Counted from the first letter of the stretch, positions 18,741 to 28,344 are shown. The stretch is 64,000 nt of DNA from a bacterium (GCA_026417575.1 JAOACZ010000101.1:48-64047), one strand, 5' to 3'. Made by a program: numbers and translations. The notes: generated by a model not told the origin, from the sequence alone.

Positions 18741-19466
18741 ATGGTTGAATTGCGTGCAGTGCTGTTTGATCTTGATGGTGTGCTGGTAGATTCTCACCGC
18801 CTACATTATTTGAGTTGGCAGGAGTTAGCCGACGACCTCGGCTTGCGCTTTGATGAGCGCATGGGCGACCGGTTCCGCGGGATGGAGCGTGAGGAATGTG
18901 TGCGTGTCCTTTACGAGGAATTTAATAATCGGCCCGCTCCGTCACGCCAAGCAGTGCACGAACTCACCGAGCGCAAGAATCGTATCTATCAGGCAATGCT
19001 GGCAAAAGCCGGGCCAGAGGAGTTAGTCCTGCCGGGCGCGCGCGAATTGCTCGATACCTTGCGCAAAGCTCATGTCACCATCGTGGTCGCCTCAGGCAGC
19101 AAAAACGCCAAAATGGTCCTCAAACGCGCTGGGATGTGCGATCACGTGGATATCGTCGTAGATCGTTATGATGTCACGCACACTAAGCCAGACCCAGCCA
19201 TCTTTCGCGTGGCACTCGAACGCGCGCGCACTACCGCGGCTCACGCCGTGGGCGTAGAGGATGCTACCCTTGGAGTACAAGCTCTTCACGCCGCCGGCAT
19301 CAAAGCCGTAGGTATTGGACACTATGTCGAAGGAGCAGACCTACACCGCCCGACTATCGCAGATCTAACCTTGGAAGACTTGCGGGGCCTCGTCAATCAT
19401 TCCCCGCGTTGTGTCGGTAGCCACGCCCCCTCCCACGGCAAAAGCGGCTCTTCAACCGCATCGTAA
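18741..19466 (+). CDS. HAD-IA family hydrolase, beta-phosphoglucomutase-like
   Basis: Start at an internal ATG with a GGAGGAG RBS. MVELRAVLFDLDGVLVDS (DxDG motif), ...VASGSKNA..., ...GVEDATLGVQALHAAGIKAVGIG. 241 aa. Confidence 0.75.
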   Translation: MVELRAVLFDLDGVLVDSHRLHYLSWQELADDLGLRFDERMGDRFRGMEREECVRVLYEEFNNRPAPSRQAVHELTERKNRIYQAMLAKAGPEELVLPGARELLDTLRKAHVTIVVASGSKNAKMVLKRAGMCDHVDIVVDRYDVTHTKPDPAIFRVALERARTTAAHAVGVEDATLGVQALHAAGIKAVGIGHYVEGADLHRPTIADLTLEDLRGLVNHSPRCVGSHAPSHGKSGSSTAS

Positions 19467-19759
19467 ACAGTGTTACCGGGAGCTAAGTACCCAACCGTGA
19501 CCAAGTCAATCACCCCACCGAACGCCCGTACCACCGTCATACCCGCGCCTTGCAATGCTCCCGGTACAACGCCTATCACCGGATATTCCACCGCGTAGTA
19601 CGTCAGACACTGAGGAATCTCCAACCAACCCACAACTAAATTCGCAACGCCACGGCCTAATCCTTTGAGCAGCGTGTGATCCCCAGCGTGCGCACCGTTG
19701 GTCACGCCCATCAGCCAACTCACTATCCCGAGCATTAATAGCCCTCGCCTCACTCTCAT
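19397..19759 (-). CDS. Small secreted protein, exosortase-system-associated TIGR04073-like (family recalled from memory, unverified)
   Basis: 120 aa. Signal peptide MRVRRGLLMLGIVSWLMGVTNGAHA, then LGRGVANLVVGWLEIP...GALQGAGMTVVRAFGGVIDLVT. Confidence 0.6.
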   Translation of the reverse strand: MRVRRGLLMLGIVSWLMGVTNGAHAGDHTLLKGLGRGVANLVVGWLEIPQCLTYYAVEYPVIGVVPGALQGAGMTVVRAFGGVIDLVTVGYLAPGNTVYDAVEEPLLPWEGAWLPTQRGE

Positions 19760-19783
19760 GCTTACCCTCTCGCCTCACGGTTA

Positions 19784-19861
19784 TGGTCGGGGCGACTGGA
19801 TTTGAACCAGCGGCCTCTTGCGCCCAAGGCAAGCGCTCTAGCCAGGCTGAGCTACACCCCG
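19784..19861 (-). tRNA. tRNA-Pro (anticodon TGG), encoded CCA
   Basis: Hand-folded from the reverse complement. Acceptor CGGGGTG/CGCCCCG, D-arm GCTCAGCCTGGCTAGAGC, anticodon stem CTTGC/GCAAG with loop CTTGGGC, T-loop GGTTCAAATCC, ACCA end. Confidence 0.9.
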
Positions 19862-19875
19862 CCTATGCCTGTTCT

Positions 19876-19904
19876 ATGGTAGCGAAGCACCCCTGCCCTG
19901 TCAA
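19876..19904 (-). promoter_or_regulatory. sigma70-type promoter candidate for tRNA-Pro (TTGACA-N17-TACCAT)
   Basis: On the minus strand: TTGACA (19904-19899), 17-nt spacer, TACCAT (19881-19876), 14 nt before the tRNA 5' end. Confidence 0.55.
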
Positions 19905-20214
19905 GCGCTCATCCCCCTCCACTCGCCGCACATTCATTTCCTAGACACTCTGTTGACACGTGATCCTATGGCGCTACCGCGGCTCGGCGCCCTTTGTCCG
20001 CGCCTTCCCAGGCCTGCTCACACCCGCGCGCGCGATGTGCTCCCCACGCGGCTTCACGCTTGCGCAACACCGTGCCCGCACACATACGGGCACACTCTCA
20101 GGGCTCATGTTCCTTCCGTCTCGCTGCTAGCTAAAACGTCGCCCCTTACAGAATACGGACGACATACACCCGCGTTCGTGACTAGCAAAGACATCCCAGG
20201 CGTGCGCGGCCTGT

Positions 20215-21027
20215 TTATTGCGTCGTGCTACATTCTTCTGTTGGGCCGGCGCTGCTCCTCTCGCTCAAGAGGATTTCTATGGCGAGCGTCGCACACACAA
20301 ATCCAAACGATCCGGTGACTGCGCAGCATGTACCTGGTTTTACGCTGTGCCGCAAAGCGCCTTCGGCGCGACGAGGTGTCGTAGCCGGTGGCGCTGCCGG
20401 TTCCAGCGAATACACAGCCGGTATATCGAATCGGCCGTTAATCGCGCTGATGCCATGCACGCGCCTCAAGCGCGCCCGCACAGCCCGTGCAAGCGCGTCA
20501 CCCTGTACCTGCGCAAGATCTGCCACGCGAATGCGCACAGGGTCGCGTCGTCCCCCTGCTCCGCATGCGCAAATTACAGATCTACACACCCGCTTGCACA
20601 TCGCCAACAGAAGCGCCTTCTCCCCTACACTGTCAATCGCGTCAATCACCACGTCCGGTGCCGTGCCAAGCACCCGCTCTGCGGTCTGGGCGGTAAAACG
20701 CAACGGCAACACACTCACACGGCATTCAGGGTTAATCTCTTTCACACGCTCACCCAAACACACCGCTTTCGGCATGCCAAGGGTGGAACGAAGCGCTGGC
20801 AGCTGGCGATTCAGATTGGACAGGCAAACCGAATCGTGGTCAACCAGGGTCAGGCACCCCACCCCCGAACGAGCCAGCGCCTCCACTGCCCACGATCCCA
20901 CCCCCCCTAAGCCCACTACAAGCACATGCGCACGCTGCAAACGCTGCAACGCCGCACTCCCAAATAGCCGCTCGAGCCGCTCCCACGGCCCCGCCTCTTC
21001 AGGAATATGCGACGTTGATGTTAACAT
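20215..21027 (-). CDS. tcdA: ThiF/MoeB-fold E1-like enzyme, tRNA threonylcarbamoyladenosine dehydratase (TcdA/CsdL)-like
   Basis: Start at an internal ATG (MLTSTSH...). HVLVVGLGGVGSWAVEALARSGVGCLTLVDHDSVCLSNLNRQ. 29-nt overlap with the argJ 3' end. Confidence 0.7.
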   Translation of the reverse strand: MLTSTSHIPEEAGPWERLERLFGSAALQRLQRAHVLVVGLGGVGSWAVEALARSGVGCLTLVDHDSVCLSNLNRQLPALRSTLGMPKAVCLGERVKEINPECRVSVLPLRFTAQTAERVLGTAPDVVIDAIDSVGEKALLLAMCKRVCRSVICACGAGGRRDPVRIRVADLAQVQGDALARAVRARLRRVHGISAINGRFDIPAVYSLEPAAPPATTPRRAEGALRHSVKPGTCCAVTGSFGFVCATLAIEILLSERSSAGPTEECSTTQ

Positions 21028-22189
21028 ACTCGTGGGATAAATCAGTCGTCCAAATAGTGGCTGACGCCCGCCCTTCGTGTAACACGATCCGAATCGTGAT
21101 CTCCTTTTGCTTGAAGAGCTCGTCCAGCACCGCCTTGCTGACTCCCGCTGCACAGCCATTCTTTACCGTGAGCACATCATTGAAATACACATCCAGGCGA
21201 TCAGGATCAAATGCCACACCCGCGCGGCCCGCCGCCGCAATGACTCGCCCCCAGTTCGGATTGCAGCCCGTTAGCGCCGTTTTTACTAACGGCGAATTCG
21301 CAACCGTGCGCGCGATCGCATCCGCCTCGCGCACCCGCCGACACCCCTCCACAACCACCGTCACAAACTTCGTCGCCCCCTCTCCATCGCGCACAATTAA
21401 CTGCGCTAACTCGATGCACAACGCCTCCAATGCCTTGTACAACGTGTGCTCCTCTTCCCGATCTACCGCCACGCCCGACGCGCCGTTTGCTAAACCAAAA
21501 ACACAATCGTTGGTACTGGTATCACCGTCCACAGTGATGCGATTGAAGGAAAGCTGCACTGCCTGGCGCAGTATGCGCTGCCAGCGCGTGCGCCCAATTT
21601 GCGCGTCGCACGTGATAAACGCCAGCATAGTCGCCATGTTCGGCATGATCATGCCCGCCCCCTTCGCGATGCCACCTAGCCGCACCGTGCCCCCACGTAA
21701 GGCGACACTGCACGCGCGTTGCTTGGGAAACGTGTCAGTAGTCATTATCGCTTCCGCAGCACGTGCGCCGTTGGCAGGCGAAAGGTTCGCTACCAGCTCG
21801 TCCAATGCATCAATTATCCGCTCCACTGGCAGCGGCACCCCAATAATTCCCGTCGAAGCAACTAGTAACTGCGCCGGCGCGCAACCCAAACGACGCGCAG
21901 TTTCTTTGAGACAGCGCTCCGCGGCGTGAATACCCGCCGCGCCTGTTGCCGCGTTGGCATTGCCTGAATTAACCAGAATCCCCCGCACGCTTTTACTTCC
22001 CAAGTGCCGCCGCGCCACAATCACGGGCGCGGCGCAACACCGGTTCCGCGTGAATAGCCCGGCCGCCACTGCTGGCCGATCCGACACAATCAGCGCGAGA
22101 TCCAGCGCCTTCTTGCGAATGCCACAATGCACCGCTGCCGCGCGATACCCTTGGGGATAGGTGATCCCTTCGTCTGCTAACAGCCTCAT
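20999..22189 (-). CDS. argJ: Bifunctional ornithine acetyltransferase / N-acetylglutamate synthase
   Basis: 396 aa. GYRAAAVHCGIRKK..., NSGNANAATG, TTDTFPK, GIAKGAGMIMPNMATMLAFITCDA (autoprocessing site region). Confidence 0.9.
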   Translation of the reverse strand: MRLLADEGITYPQGYRAAAVHCGIRKKALDLALIVSDRPAVAAGLFTRNRCCAAPVIVARRHLGSKSVRGILVNSGNANAATGAAGIHAAERCLKETARRLGCAPAQLLVASTGIIGVPLPVERIIDALDELVANLSPANGARAAEAIMTTDTFPKQRACSVALRGGTVRLGGIAKGAGMIMPNMATMLAFITCDAQIGRTRWQRILRQAVQLSFNRITVDGDTSTNDCVFGLANGASGVAVDREEEHTLYKALEALCIELAQLIVRDGEGATKFVTVVVEGCRRVREADAIARTVANSPLVKTALTGCNPNWGRVIAAAGRAGVAFDPDRLDVYFNDVLTVKNGCAAGVSKAVLDELFKQKEITIRIVLHEGRASATIWTTDLSHEYVNINVAYS

Positions 22190-22731
22190 CGCTGCACCTC
22201 CTGCTCATTATAACCACGCTCGACCGCCTCCAAATTCAACGCAGTCAGTTCCGGCCGTTTCGCCGTTAAAGCCTGGACTTGCAAACGTACCGTCTCCAGC
22301 CTGGCAATTCCTGTCTCCCGTATCACACGCCCAATTGCCACCATGCTACACACCAGCGTGTTCCCCAGCTGGCCCGCAATTTCCGTAAAGGCTCCCCCGA
22401 CTTGTCGCACCTGCGCTCGTTCGCGCGCTTGCACCAACGATGAATCGTAAATGATCAACCCGCCACCACGCACCAAAGGACCAAATTTTTCATAACTCGG
22501 TTGATTCATTGCCACCAACACGTCGCTGTGATCAATGATCGGTGATGCGACAGGTTGGTCAGATACCACCACGCACGCATTGGCTGTCCCCCCACGCATC
22601 TCCGGCCCGTAACTGGGCAGAAATGTCACGTAACGTCCTTCCTCCATCGCCGCCTGCGCAATCACACGCCCCATCAGCAAAATCCCTTGCCCGCCAAACC
22701 CCGCAAAAACAAACTCCACTTTCATGGGCAC
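22186..22731 (-). CDS. 2-oxoacid:ferredoxin oxidoreductase gamma subunit (stand-alone)
   Basis: 181 aa. FAGFGGQGILLMGRVIAQAAMEEGRYVTFLPSYGPEMRGGTANACVVVSD. ATGA overlap with argJ and 10-nt overlap with proS. Confidence 0.8.
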   Translation of the reverse strand: MPMKVEFVFAGFGGQGILLMGRVIAQAAMEEGRYVTFLPSYGPEMRGGTANACVVVSDQPVASPIIDHSDVLVAMNQPSYEKFGPLVRGGGLIIYDSSLVQARERAQVRQVGGAFTEIAGQLGNTLVCSMVAIGRVIRETGIARLETVRLQVQALTAKRPELTALNLEAVERGYNEQEVQR

Positions 22732-24446
22732 GACTCGTAAACGCGGATAATTGCGTCCACCGCTCCTTCGACAGGTATGAGGGTCGCACCCTTGTCTACG
22801 CGCCGTTTCACCTCCACACCCCCCTTCCCCAGCGTGCGTGGGCTGATCGTTACACGCAACGGCACGCCAATCAGGTCTCCATCCTTAAATTTAAACCCCG
22901 GTTTCGCATCACGATCATCCATCAGCACCTCGTAGCCACGCGCTGTCAGCCCCTCCTCCAGTTGTCGCGCAACCTCCATGATCTCCGCCTGCTTCACGTC
23001 CAACGGCTGAATGAGTATGTCAAACGGCGCAAGTGCCCGCGGCCAGATAATCCCTTCCTCATCATGATGCTGCTCAATCGCTGCAGCCACTGTACGCGTT
23101 ACCCCGATACCATAGCAGCCCATGATGAACGGCTGTTCAACATTGTCTGCGTTCAAAAACGTCGCCCGCATGGCATCAGAGTATTTTGTCCCAAGCTGAA
23201 AGATGTTACCGACCTCGATGCCGCGGAACGTCGTCATGGGCGTCCCACACTGCGGGCAAAGATCGCCGGCAACGTGCCGGACCAGGTCAAGATAGGTTGC
23301 ACCCGGCAGATCACGCTCCGCACAGAAGTGCGTACAGTGCCAGCCAGGCTTATTCGCGCCGATCACCCCATGACGCAGCCGCTGCACCGTTAGGTCAAAG
23401 AAGACAAAATCCGGCGTAATCCCCAGAGGGCCGCAGTAGCCCGGAACCACACCGCTCGCACGCTTCGTCGCCAGAAATTCGGGCCCCGCCATCTCCACAT
23501 CGTTCGCTCCAGTCAGACTGTGCAGCTTTACCGCATTCACATCACGATCGCCACGCACAAACACTACCGCCAGCTTGTCATCGCAACGGTACAAAAGTGC
23601 TTTCACACACTGTGTCGTCGGTACCCCGAGAAACGCTGCAACTTCCTCAATCGTTTCTTTGCCTGGTGTCGCCACCTCCGTCAACGGCAGCAATGCCTCT
23701 GTTTCCTCACGTCCCGGCGGCACCGTCCCCTCAGCAGTTTCGTCCGTGGCTGTGTATCCACATGCGGGATCAGGACATGCCAAAACACACGATTCGCCTG
23801 AGTCCGCCAGCACCATCAATTCATGTGCTACCCGTCCCCCGATTGCGCCTGAGTGCCCTACCACTACGCGCGTCTCCAGCCCACAGCGCGCAAAAATACG
23901 AATGTACGTCTCCCGCATCAGCTCGTAATAGCGCAGCAAATCTTCCTGCGTCGCATGAAACGAGTACGCGTCCTTCATAAGAAATTCGCGCCCTCGCATC
24001 ACGCCAAAACGCGGTCGGATTTCATCACGAAACTTCGTTTGGATCTGGTACAAGCACAACGGCAACTCCCGATACGACCGCACCTCGCGCCGTACCAGAT
24101 CGGTTATCACTTCCTCATGCGTCGGCCCCAGCACATAGTCGTGATCATGCCGATCGCGCAAGCGCATCAACTCCTTCCCATACACATCCCAGCGCCCCGT
24201 CTCACGCCACAACTCCGCCGGCGACAGCACCGGCATCAGCAGCTCCTGCGCCCCCGCACGATTCATTTCCTCCCGGATAATCTGCGCCACCTTCTGAATC
24301 ACCCGCCACCCCAATGGCAAGTACTCATAAATACCCGCGCCAACCTTGCGCATCATCCCGGCGCGCACCATCAGCTTGTGACTCACCACTTCCGCGTCCT
24401 TCGGGTCCTCTTTCAACGTGGGTATAAATGCCTGCGTCCAGCGCAT
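22722..24446 (-). CDS. proS: Prolyl-tRNA synthetase (bacterial type with editing insertion)
   Basis: 574 aa. MRWTQAFIPTLKEDPKDAEVVSHKLMVRAGMMRKVGAGIYEYLPLGWRV...FRDEIRPRFGVMRGREFLMKDAYSF. Confidence 0.93.
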   Translation of the reverse strand: MRWTQAFIPTLKEDPKDAEVVSHKLMVRAGMMRKVGAGIYEYLPLGWRVIQKVAQIIREEMNRAGAQELLMPVLSPAELWRETGRWDVYGKELMRLRDRHDHDYVLGPTHEEVITDLVRREVRSYRELPLCLYQIQTKFRDEIRPRFGVMRGREFLMKDAYSFHATQEDLLRYYELMRETYIRIFARCGLETRVVVGHSGAIGGRVAHELMVLADSGESCVLACPDPACGYTATDETAEGTVPPGREETEALLPLTEVATPGKETIEEVAAFLGVPTTQCVKALLYRCDDKLAVVFVRGDRDVNAVKLHSLTGANDVEMAGPEFLATKRASGVVPGYCGPLGITPDFVFFDLTVQRLRHGVIGANKPGWHCTHFCAERDLPGATYLDLVRHVAGDLCPQCGTPMTTFRGIEVGNIFQLGTKYSDAMRATFLNADNVEQPFIMGCYGIGVTRTVAAAIEQHHDEEGIIWPRALAPFDILIQPLDVKQAEIMEVARQLEEGLTARGYEVLMDDRDAKPGFKFKDGDLIGVPLRVTISPRTLGKGGVEVKRRVDKGATLIPVEGAVDAIIRVYESCP

Positions 24447-24931
24447 GTGATCTCCTGCGGTGAAAGCTCATCGAACACGTAAAAACGCACTATTATAACT
24501 AAAAGTGTCACCAAATTAAACGCACCACATCGCACTCTTTCTCTTGAGGTTCGCGCCCGCTATTTTCCGCGCACCTTGCTATGGCGCCGCACCAGCTCTC
24601 ATAAGCGCACCATGCCTGTCACGCTCGCTGCTCCTGGACCACGTCTCCCCTATCGCATCCCCTTCGTGGAATTCCCGCACTGCGTCACTCTGCTCCCCCT
24701 TCCCTGAGATGAACAATGACCTCGGCGCGAGTACACGCCACTGTGAAAGGAGCACTCCGCTTGGACAAGATTACCCCCGATCCCTCTTTCAAGAACGATG
24801 CGCGGTTCGACGTGCTTTCCTTTCACATTCGCACACGCACGACATCTCTCTGCAACGAACGCCTGCTTCGCAAGGTTTGATCTAACTGTTTCGTAGGCTC
24901 CCCACTCACGCGCACTTTCGATAAATCCCGC

Positions 24932-25831
24932 CTATGTCTGCCCGCCGGCAAGCCGCCAGGCCACATTCGCCAAGCCCAGTACGGCACTGACAAACGGCGC
25001 GTACGCAAGTTTATCCGGGGTGTCTTCGGGATGATGATAGTACGGATAGCGGAATTCCGCCGTATCAGTTATCATGACCGCAGGATAGCCACAACGCCAA
25101 AATGAGGAATGATCAGAGGCAACTATGCGGGGAACGAATGCGGGCAGAGCCGCACCTTCACAGGGCAGCGTGGCGTGTGCGCGAAAGAACGAGAGACAAC
25201 GGCGGACTAAGCGCGCTGCTGAGAGCATACCGATAAAACCAAGAAAGTTGCCCACGGATGGATAAAACCAGTGAAATGGCCACGGGTAGCGTTGCGAATG
25301 CGGCGCAGTAGTGTAGTAGCCCATGGTTTCTGGAGCAAGCATCGCTACGACCTTCTCCCCACGTGCCCTACACGCCCGCGCGTAGACCAGGCTGCCCATG
25401 CCGGCGCCCCAAAAGTAAGGACGTTCTTCGTTTGTGAAGGCCAGAAAACGCATGGTCCGTGCTGGTACGCTCCCGCGCGCCACCGTGGCGTTTGCTATGG
25501 CGAGAACCGTCGCCACGCCGGAGGCGTTGTCGTTCGCGCCGGGCGTCCCGAGCGCAGTATCATAGTGCGCGCCAATAATAACAATCTCGTCCGGCCGGCT
25601 CTGGCCAGGCAAGACAGCTTCAAGATTGCAAAAAGTCATCCCGTCGTAGCGGTACTCGAGGCGCCGAGTAGGCAGCCCGGATGCTGCCAGGCGCGCTTCC
25701 ACATAATCAGCTGCTGCAGCGAGCTTGCGTGGAAAACGATAGTTGCGCTCGCCAATCTGCCCCGCAAGCACCTCCACATCGCGGCGCACGGCTTGCTCCC
25801 ACCCGCTACTTGATCCGCCAGTTGAGGTCAT
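24932..25831 (-). CDS. M28 family metallopeptidase (aminopeptidase-like)
   Basis: 299 aa. IIGAHYDT...GANDNASGVATVLAIA...FLAFTNEE (Zn-ligand motifs). Confidence 0.8.
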   Translation of the reverse strand: MTSTGGSSSGWEQAVRRDVEVLAGQIGERNYRFPRKLAAAADYVEARLAASGLPTRRLEYRYDGMTFCNLEAVLPGQSRPDEIVIIGAHYDTALGTPGANDNASGVATVLAIANATVARGSVPARTMRFLAFTNEERPYFWGAGMGSLVYARACRARGEKVVAMLAPETMGYYTTAPHSQRYPWPFHWFYPSVGNFLGFIGMLSAARLVRRCLSFFRAHATLPCEGAALPAFVPRIVASDHSSFWRCGYPAVMITDTAEFRYPYYHHPEDTPDKLAYAPFVSAVLGLANVAWRLAGGQT

Positions 25832-25897
25832 GAGGGGCGATAGGGTGAGACCAACGGCGTCAGGAGAGGTAAATCCCCACGACCGCAGAAACGAAAA

Positions 25898-25973
25898 TGG
25901 AGCCAGAAGTCGGACTTGAACCGACGACCTGCGCTTTACGAAAGCGCTGCTCTACCGACTGAGCTATTCTGGC
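25898..25973 (-). tRNA. tRNA-Thr (anticodon CGT), encoded CCA
   Basis: Hand-folded. GCCAGAATAGCTCAGTCGGTAGAGCAGCGCTTTCGTAAAGCGCAGGTCGTCGGTTCAAGTCCGACTTCTGGCTCCA. Anticodon loop TTCGTAA. Confidence 0.9.
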
Positions 25974-26153
25974 TTTCAACTCCTTCTCAATTATAGCGAT
26001 TTCGGCGCACGTTTGCAAGGGCCCATTGCGCGCACGAGGTCCAGTTTCGAGAACGGCTCGCACGCGCCTGGCACGCGCTTCCTGGTGCTCAGCTGCCCAG
26101 CATGCATTTTGTTACTACAACCGGCGCCGTACCTCGGGCGTATGCAGTCCGTT

Positions 26154-26182
26154 TTGCAAAATCAGTACTGCTCTGGTACAAT
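26154..26182 (+). promoter_or_regulatory. sigma70-type promoter candidate (TTGCAA-N17-TACAAT) for the nfu-like gene / GT9-dapB cluster
   Basis: TTGCAA 26154-26159, TACAAT 26177-26182, 45-nt leader ending in a GAGG RBS. Confidence 0.55.
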
Positions 26183-26227
26183 ACAAATGCAATTAAGCGT
26201 GATAACCACGATCACAGCGAGGCCCGG

Positions 26228-26452
26228 ATGAAAGAAAAAGTTGAACAGGTTATCAAAGAGAAAATCAACCCGATGCTGGCGACACATGGCGGCTCTTGCG
26301 AATTAATCGGCGTGCGCTCAGACAACGTGGTGGTGGTGAAACTGCAAGGAGCGTGCGGTGGCTGTCCAAGCGCAATGATCACCCTGAAAGGGTTTGTGCT
26401 CGAAGTGCTACGGGAGCATGTGCCGGAAGTGGCCGATGTCGAAGCGGTGTGA
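26228..26452 (+). CDS. NifU-like (Nfu C-terminal domain) Fe-S cluster carrier protein
   Basis: 74 aa from an internal ATG. MKEKVEQVIKEKINPMLATHGGSCELIGV...LQGACGGCPSAMITLKGFVLEVL (CxxC). Confidence 0.8.
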   Translation: MKEKVEQVIKEKINPMLATHGGSCELIGVRSDNVVVVKLQGACGGCPSAMITLKGFVLEVLREHVPEVADVEAV

Positions 26453-26461
26453 TCTCGGCAG

Positions 26462-27502
26462 ATGCGCGTGTTGGTCGTCAAGCCCAGTTCATTAGGCGAC
26501 GTGGTCTGTGCTCTTGCGGTGGTGCCACGGCTGCGCCGGTTATTACCTGGCTGTGAAATTGATTGGCTGATAAATCGCGAATACGCAGCGTTGGTCCAAG
26601 CAGCAGGAGTTGACCGGGTGATTGTCTTTGATCGTGGTTCATGGCGGCGCTGGCGTAGCGTACTCGCCGGCTTGAGCAACCTGTGGGATGCCTCGTTGCA
26701 GATTCGCAGATCAAGGTATGCGCTGGTCCTGGACTTGCAGGGATTGTTGCGCAGCGGATGGTTTACGTGGGTGAGCGGCGCGCCGCGGCGGATTGGTTTC
26801 GCCGATGCTCGCGAGGGGGCATGGTTGGCGTACACAGAGCGCGTGCAGGTGCGGCGCCATACAGTGCACGCTGTGGATTACTGCCTCGCGGCGTTACGTG
26901 TGCTTGGAGACGGAGCTGAGCCAGCCTCTTGGGAGTGGCCAGGCCTGGCACCCGCACTCGCAGCGGTGCGGGAAAAGACCGGCTTGGTCAGTAAAACATA
27001 TTTCGTCCTCGCTCCAGGCTCACGGCGCGCTGAGAAGCGCTGGCCGGTCGCAGCATGGGGCGAGCTGACAGCACGCCTGTGGCAACGGTACCACTTGCCG
27101 GTTGCGCTCGTTGGAGACGAGCGAGAACGCGAATTGGCTGCAGAGATTGCTCGAAGGGCGTCCACTTGCGGGATAGCACCGGGCGTCGTGCACGTCCTGG
27201 CCGGCGTGTTGAACTTACTGGACCTGCTTGCCCTCAGTCGCGAGAGTCGCCTATTCATCGGTGGTGATACCGGTCCTCTGCATGCAGCGGTGGCTGCCGG
27301 TGCCCAAGTCGTTGCGCTCATGGGTCCCACTGATCCTGATCGGCATGGCCCTTACGGACAGCGCGAGCATGTCGTTGCCGCTCCGGCCCCTTGTGCCCCG
27401 TGCCATGGAAGTAGGCGCGCGTGTGATATGACGCCAGGTTGTATGGAGGCAATTACCGTAGATGCAGTGATGAACAAAGTGCAGGAGGTGATCGGGGCAT
27501 GA
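26462..27502 (+). CDS. Glycosyltransferase family 9 (heptosyltransferase-like)
   Basis: 346 aa. MRVLVVKPSSLGDVVCALAVVPRLRRLLPGCEIDWL...GGDTGPLHAAVAAGAQVVALMGPTDP. Confidence 0.8.
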   Translation: MRVLVVKPSSLGDVVCALAVVPRLRRLLPGCEIDWLINREYAALVQAAGVDRVIVFDRGSWRRWRSVLAGLSNLWDASLQIRRSRYALVLDLQGLLRSGWFTWVSGAPRRIGFADAREGAWLAYTERVQVRRHTVHAVDYCLAALRVLGDGAEPASWEWPGLAPALAAVREKTGLVSKTYFVLAPGSRRAEKRWPVAAWGELTARLWQRYHLPVALVGDERERELAAEIARRASTCGIAPGVVHVLAGVLNLLDLLALSRESRLFIGGDTGPLHAAVAAGAQVVALMGPTDPDRHGPYGQREHVVAAPAPCAPCHGSRRACDMTPGCMEAITVDAVMNKVQEVIGA

Positions 27503-28344
27503 CGGAACAAAGCTCGGAATGCAGTATCTGTGTCGTGGGCGCGGCGGGGAGAATGGGGCAGCGTGTGATCGCTTGCGCCAGAACCATGCCGGTGTTCCGC
27601 ATCGTAGGAGCGGTAGAAGCACCAACATCTCCTGCATTAGGGCGTGATGCCGGAGTGCACGCAGGCTGTGAACCGCTCGGGGTGACAGTCAGCAGCGATT
27701 TGGCGGGTGCATGTGCTGCCGCAACGGTGGTGATTGACTTTGCTTTGGCGGAAGGGTTCGCAGCACGCGTAGAAACGTACGCACGGTTGGGTAAGGCCTG
27801 CGTCCTGGGCACGACGGGGGTAGATGCGGCTGGCCGTGCGGCCGTCGCGCGCGCGGCGGAGCGGGTGCCCGTCGTTCACGCACCAAATTTCAGTGTCGGT
27901 GTCAACCTGCTTTGTGCGCTCACGCGCTATGCCGCTGCAATCCTCGGCGAAGCCTTTGATGTGGAAATCGTTGAGATGCATCATCGCCAGAAAAAGGACG
28001 CACCAAGCGGCACAGCGGTCCGCCTGGCAGAAATGGTCGACGCCGGCCGGGGAACCGCGCTCCACCGCGTCTTCGGGCGGGAAGGGATCTGTGGCACGCG
28101 CGCGGCAGGCGAGCTCGCCATTCACGCGGTGCGCGGCGGTGACGTCGTCGGCGATCATACCGTGATCTTCGCCGGCGAAGGCGAGCGTGTGGAATTGACT
28201 CATAAAGCCAGCTCTCGCGATACGTTCGCCCGTGGAGCCTTACGTGCTGCCTTATTCGTGGCGCGCGCGGCGCCGGGTGCGTACTCAATGTCCGATGTCC
28301 TAGGCTTGGCCGATCTCGCTCTCCCAACCATCGCACGCCCCTAA
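27499..28344 (+). CDS. dapB: 4-hydroxy-tetrahydrodipicolinate reductase
   Basis: ATGA-coupled start. ICVVGAAGRMGQRVI...HAPNFSVGVNL...EIVEMHHRQKKDAPSGTA...HAVRGGDVVGDHTVIFAG. Confidence 0.9.
   Translation: MTEQSSECSICVVGAAGRMGQRVIACARTMPVFRIVGAVEAPTSPALGRDAGVHAGCEPLGVTVSSDLAGACAAATVVIDFALAEGFAARVETYARLGKACVLGTTGVDAAGRAAVARAAERVPVVHAPNFSVGVNLLCALTRYAAAILGEAFDVEIVEMHHRQKKDAPSGTAVRLAEMVDAGRGTALHRVFGREGICGTRAAGELAIHAVRGGDVVGDHTVIFAGEGERVELTHKASSRDTFARGALRAALFVARAAPGAYSMSDVLGLADLALPTIARP

Noticed and set aside
20072-20093. Perfect 7-bp hairpin GTGCCCG-cacacata-CGGGCAC downstream of the tcdA-like gene, considered as an intrinsic terminator.
   Set aside because: There is no U-tract on the transcribed (minus) strand and it lies 122 nt from the stop codon. 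It may instead be another instance of the GCGGGCAC/GTGCCCGC hairpin motif seen in the repeats. Evidence is insufficient to call a terminator.
24447-24931. Long intergenic regions (9417-10074, 19862-20214, 24447-24931, 52595-53052, 61321-61653) screened by eye for RNase P RNA, SRP RNA, tmRNA, 6S RNA and c-di-GMP or other riboswitches.
   Set aside because: None of the conserved boxes I know were found (e.g. GAGGAAAGTCCGGGC for RNase P, the GGAAGCAGCC SRP domain, GGGGCTGA tmRNA 5' ends, GEMM-type motifs). A covariance-model scan would be needed to be sure.
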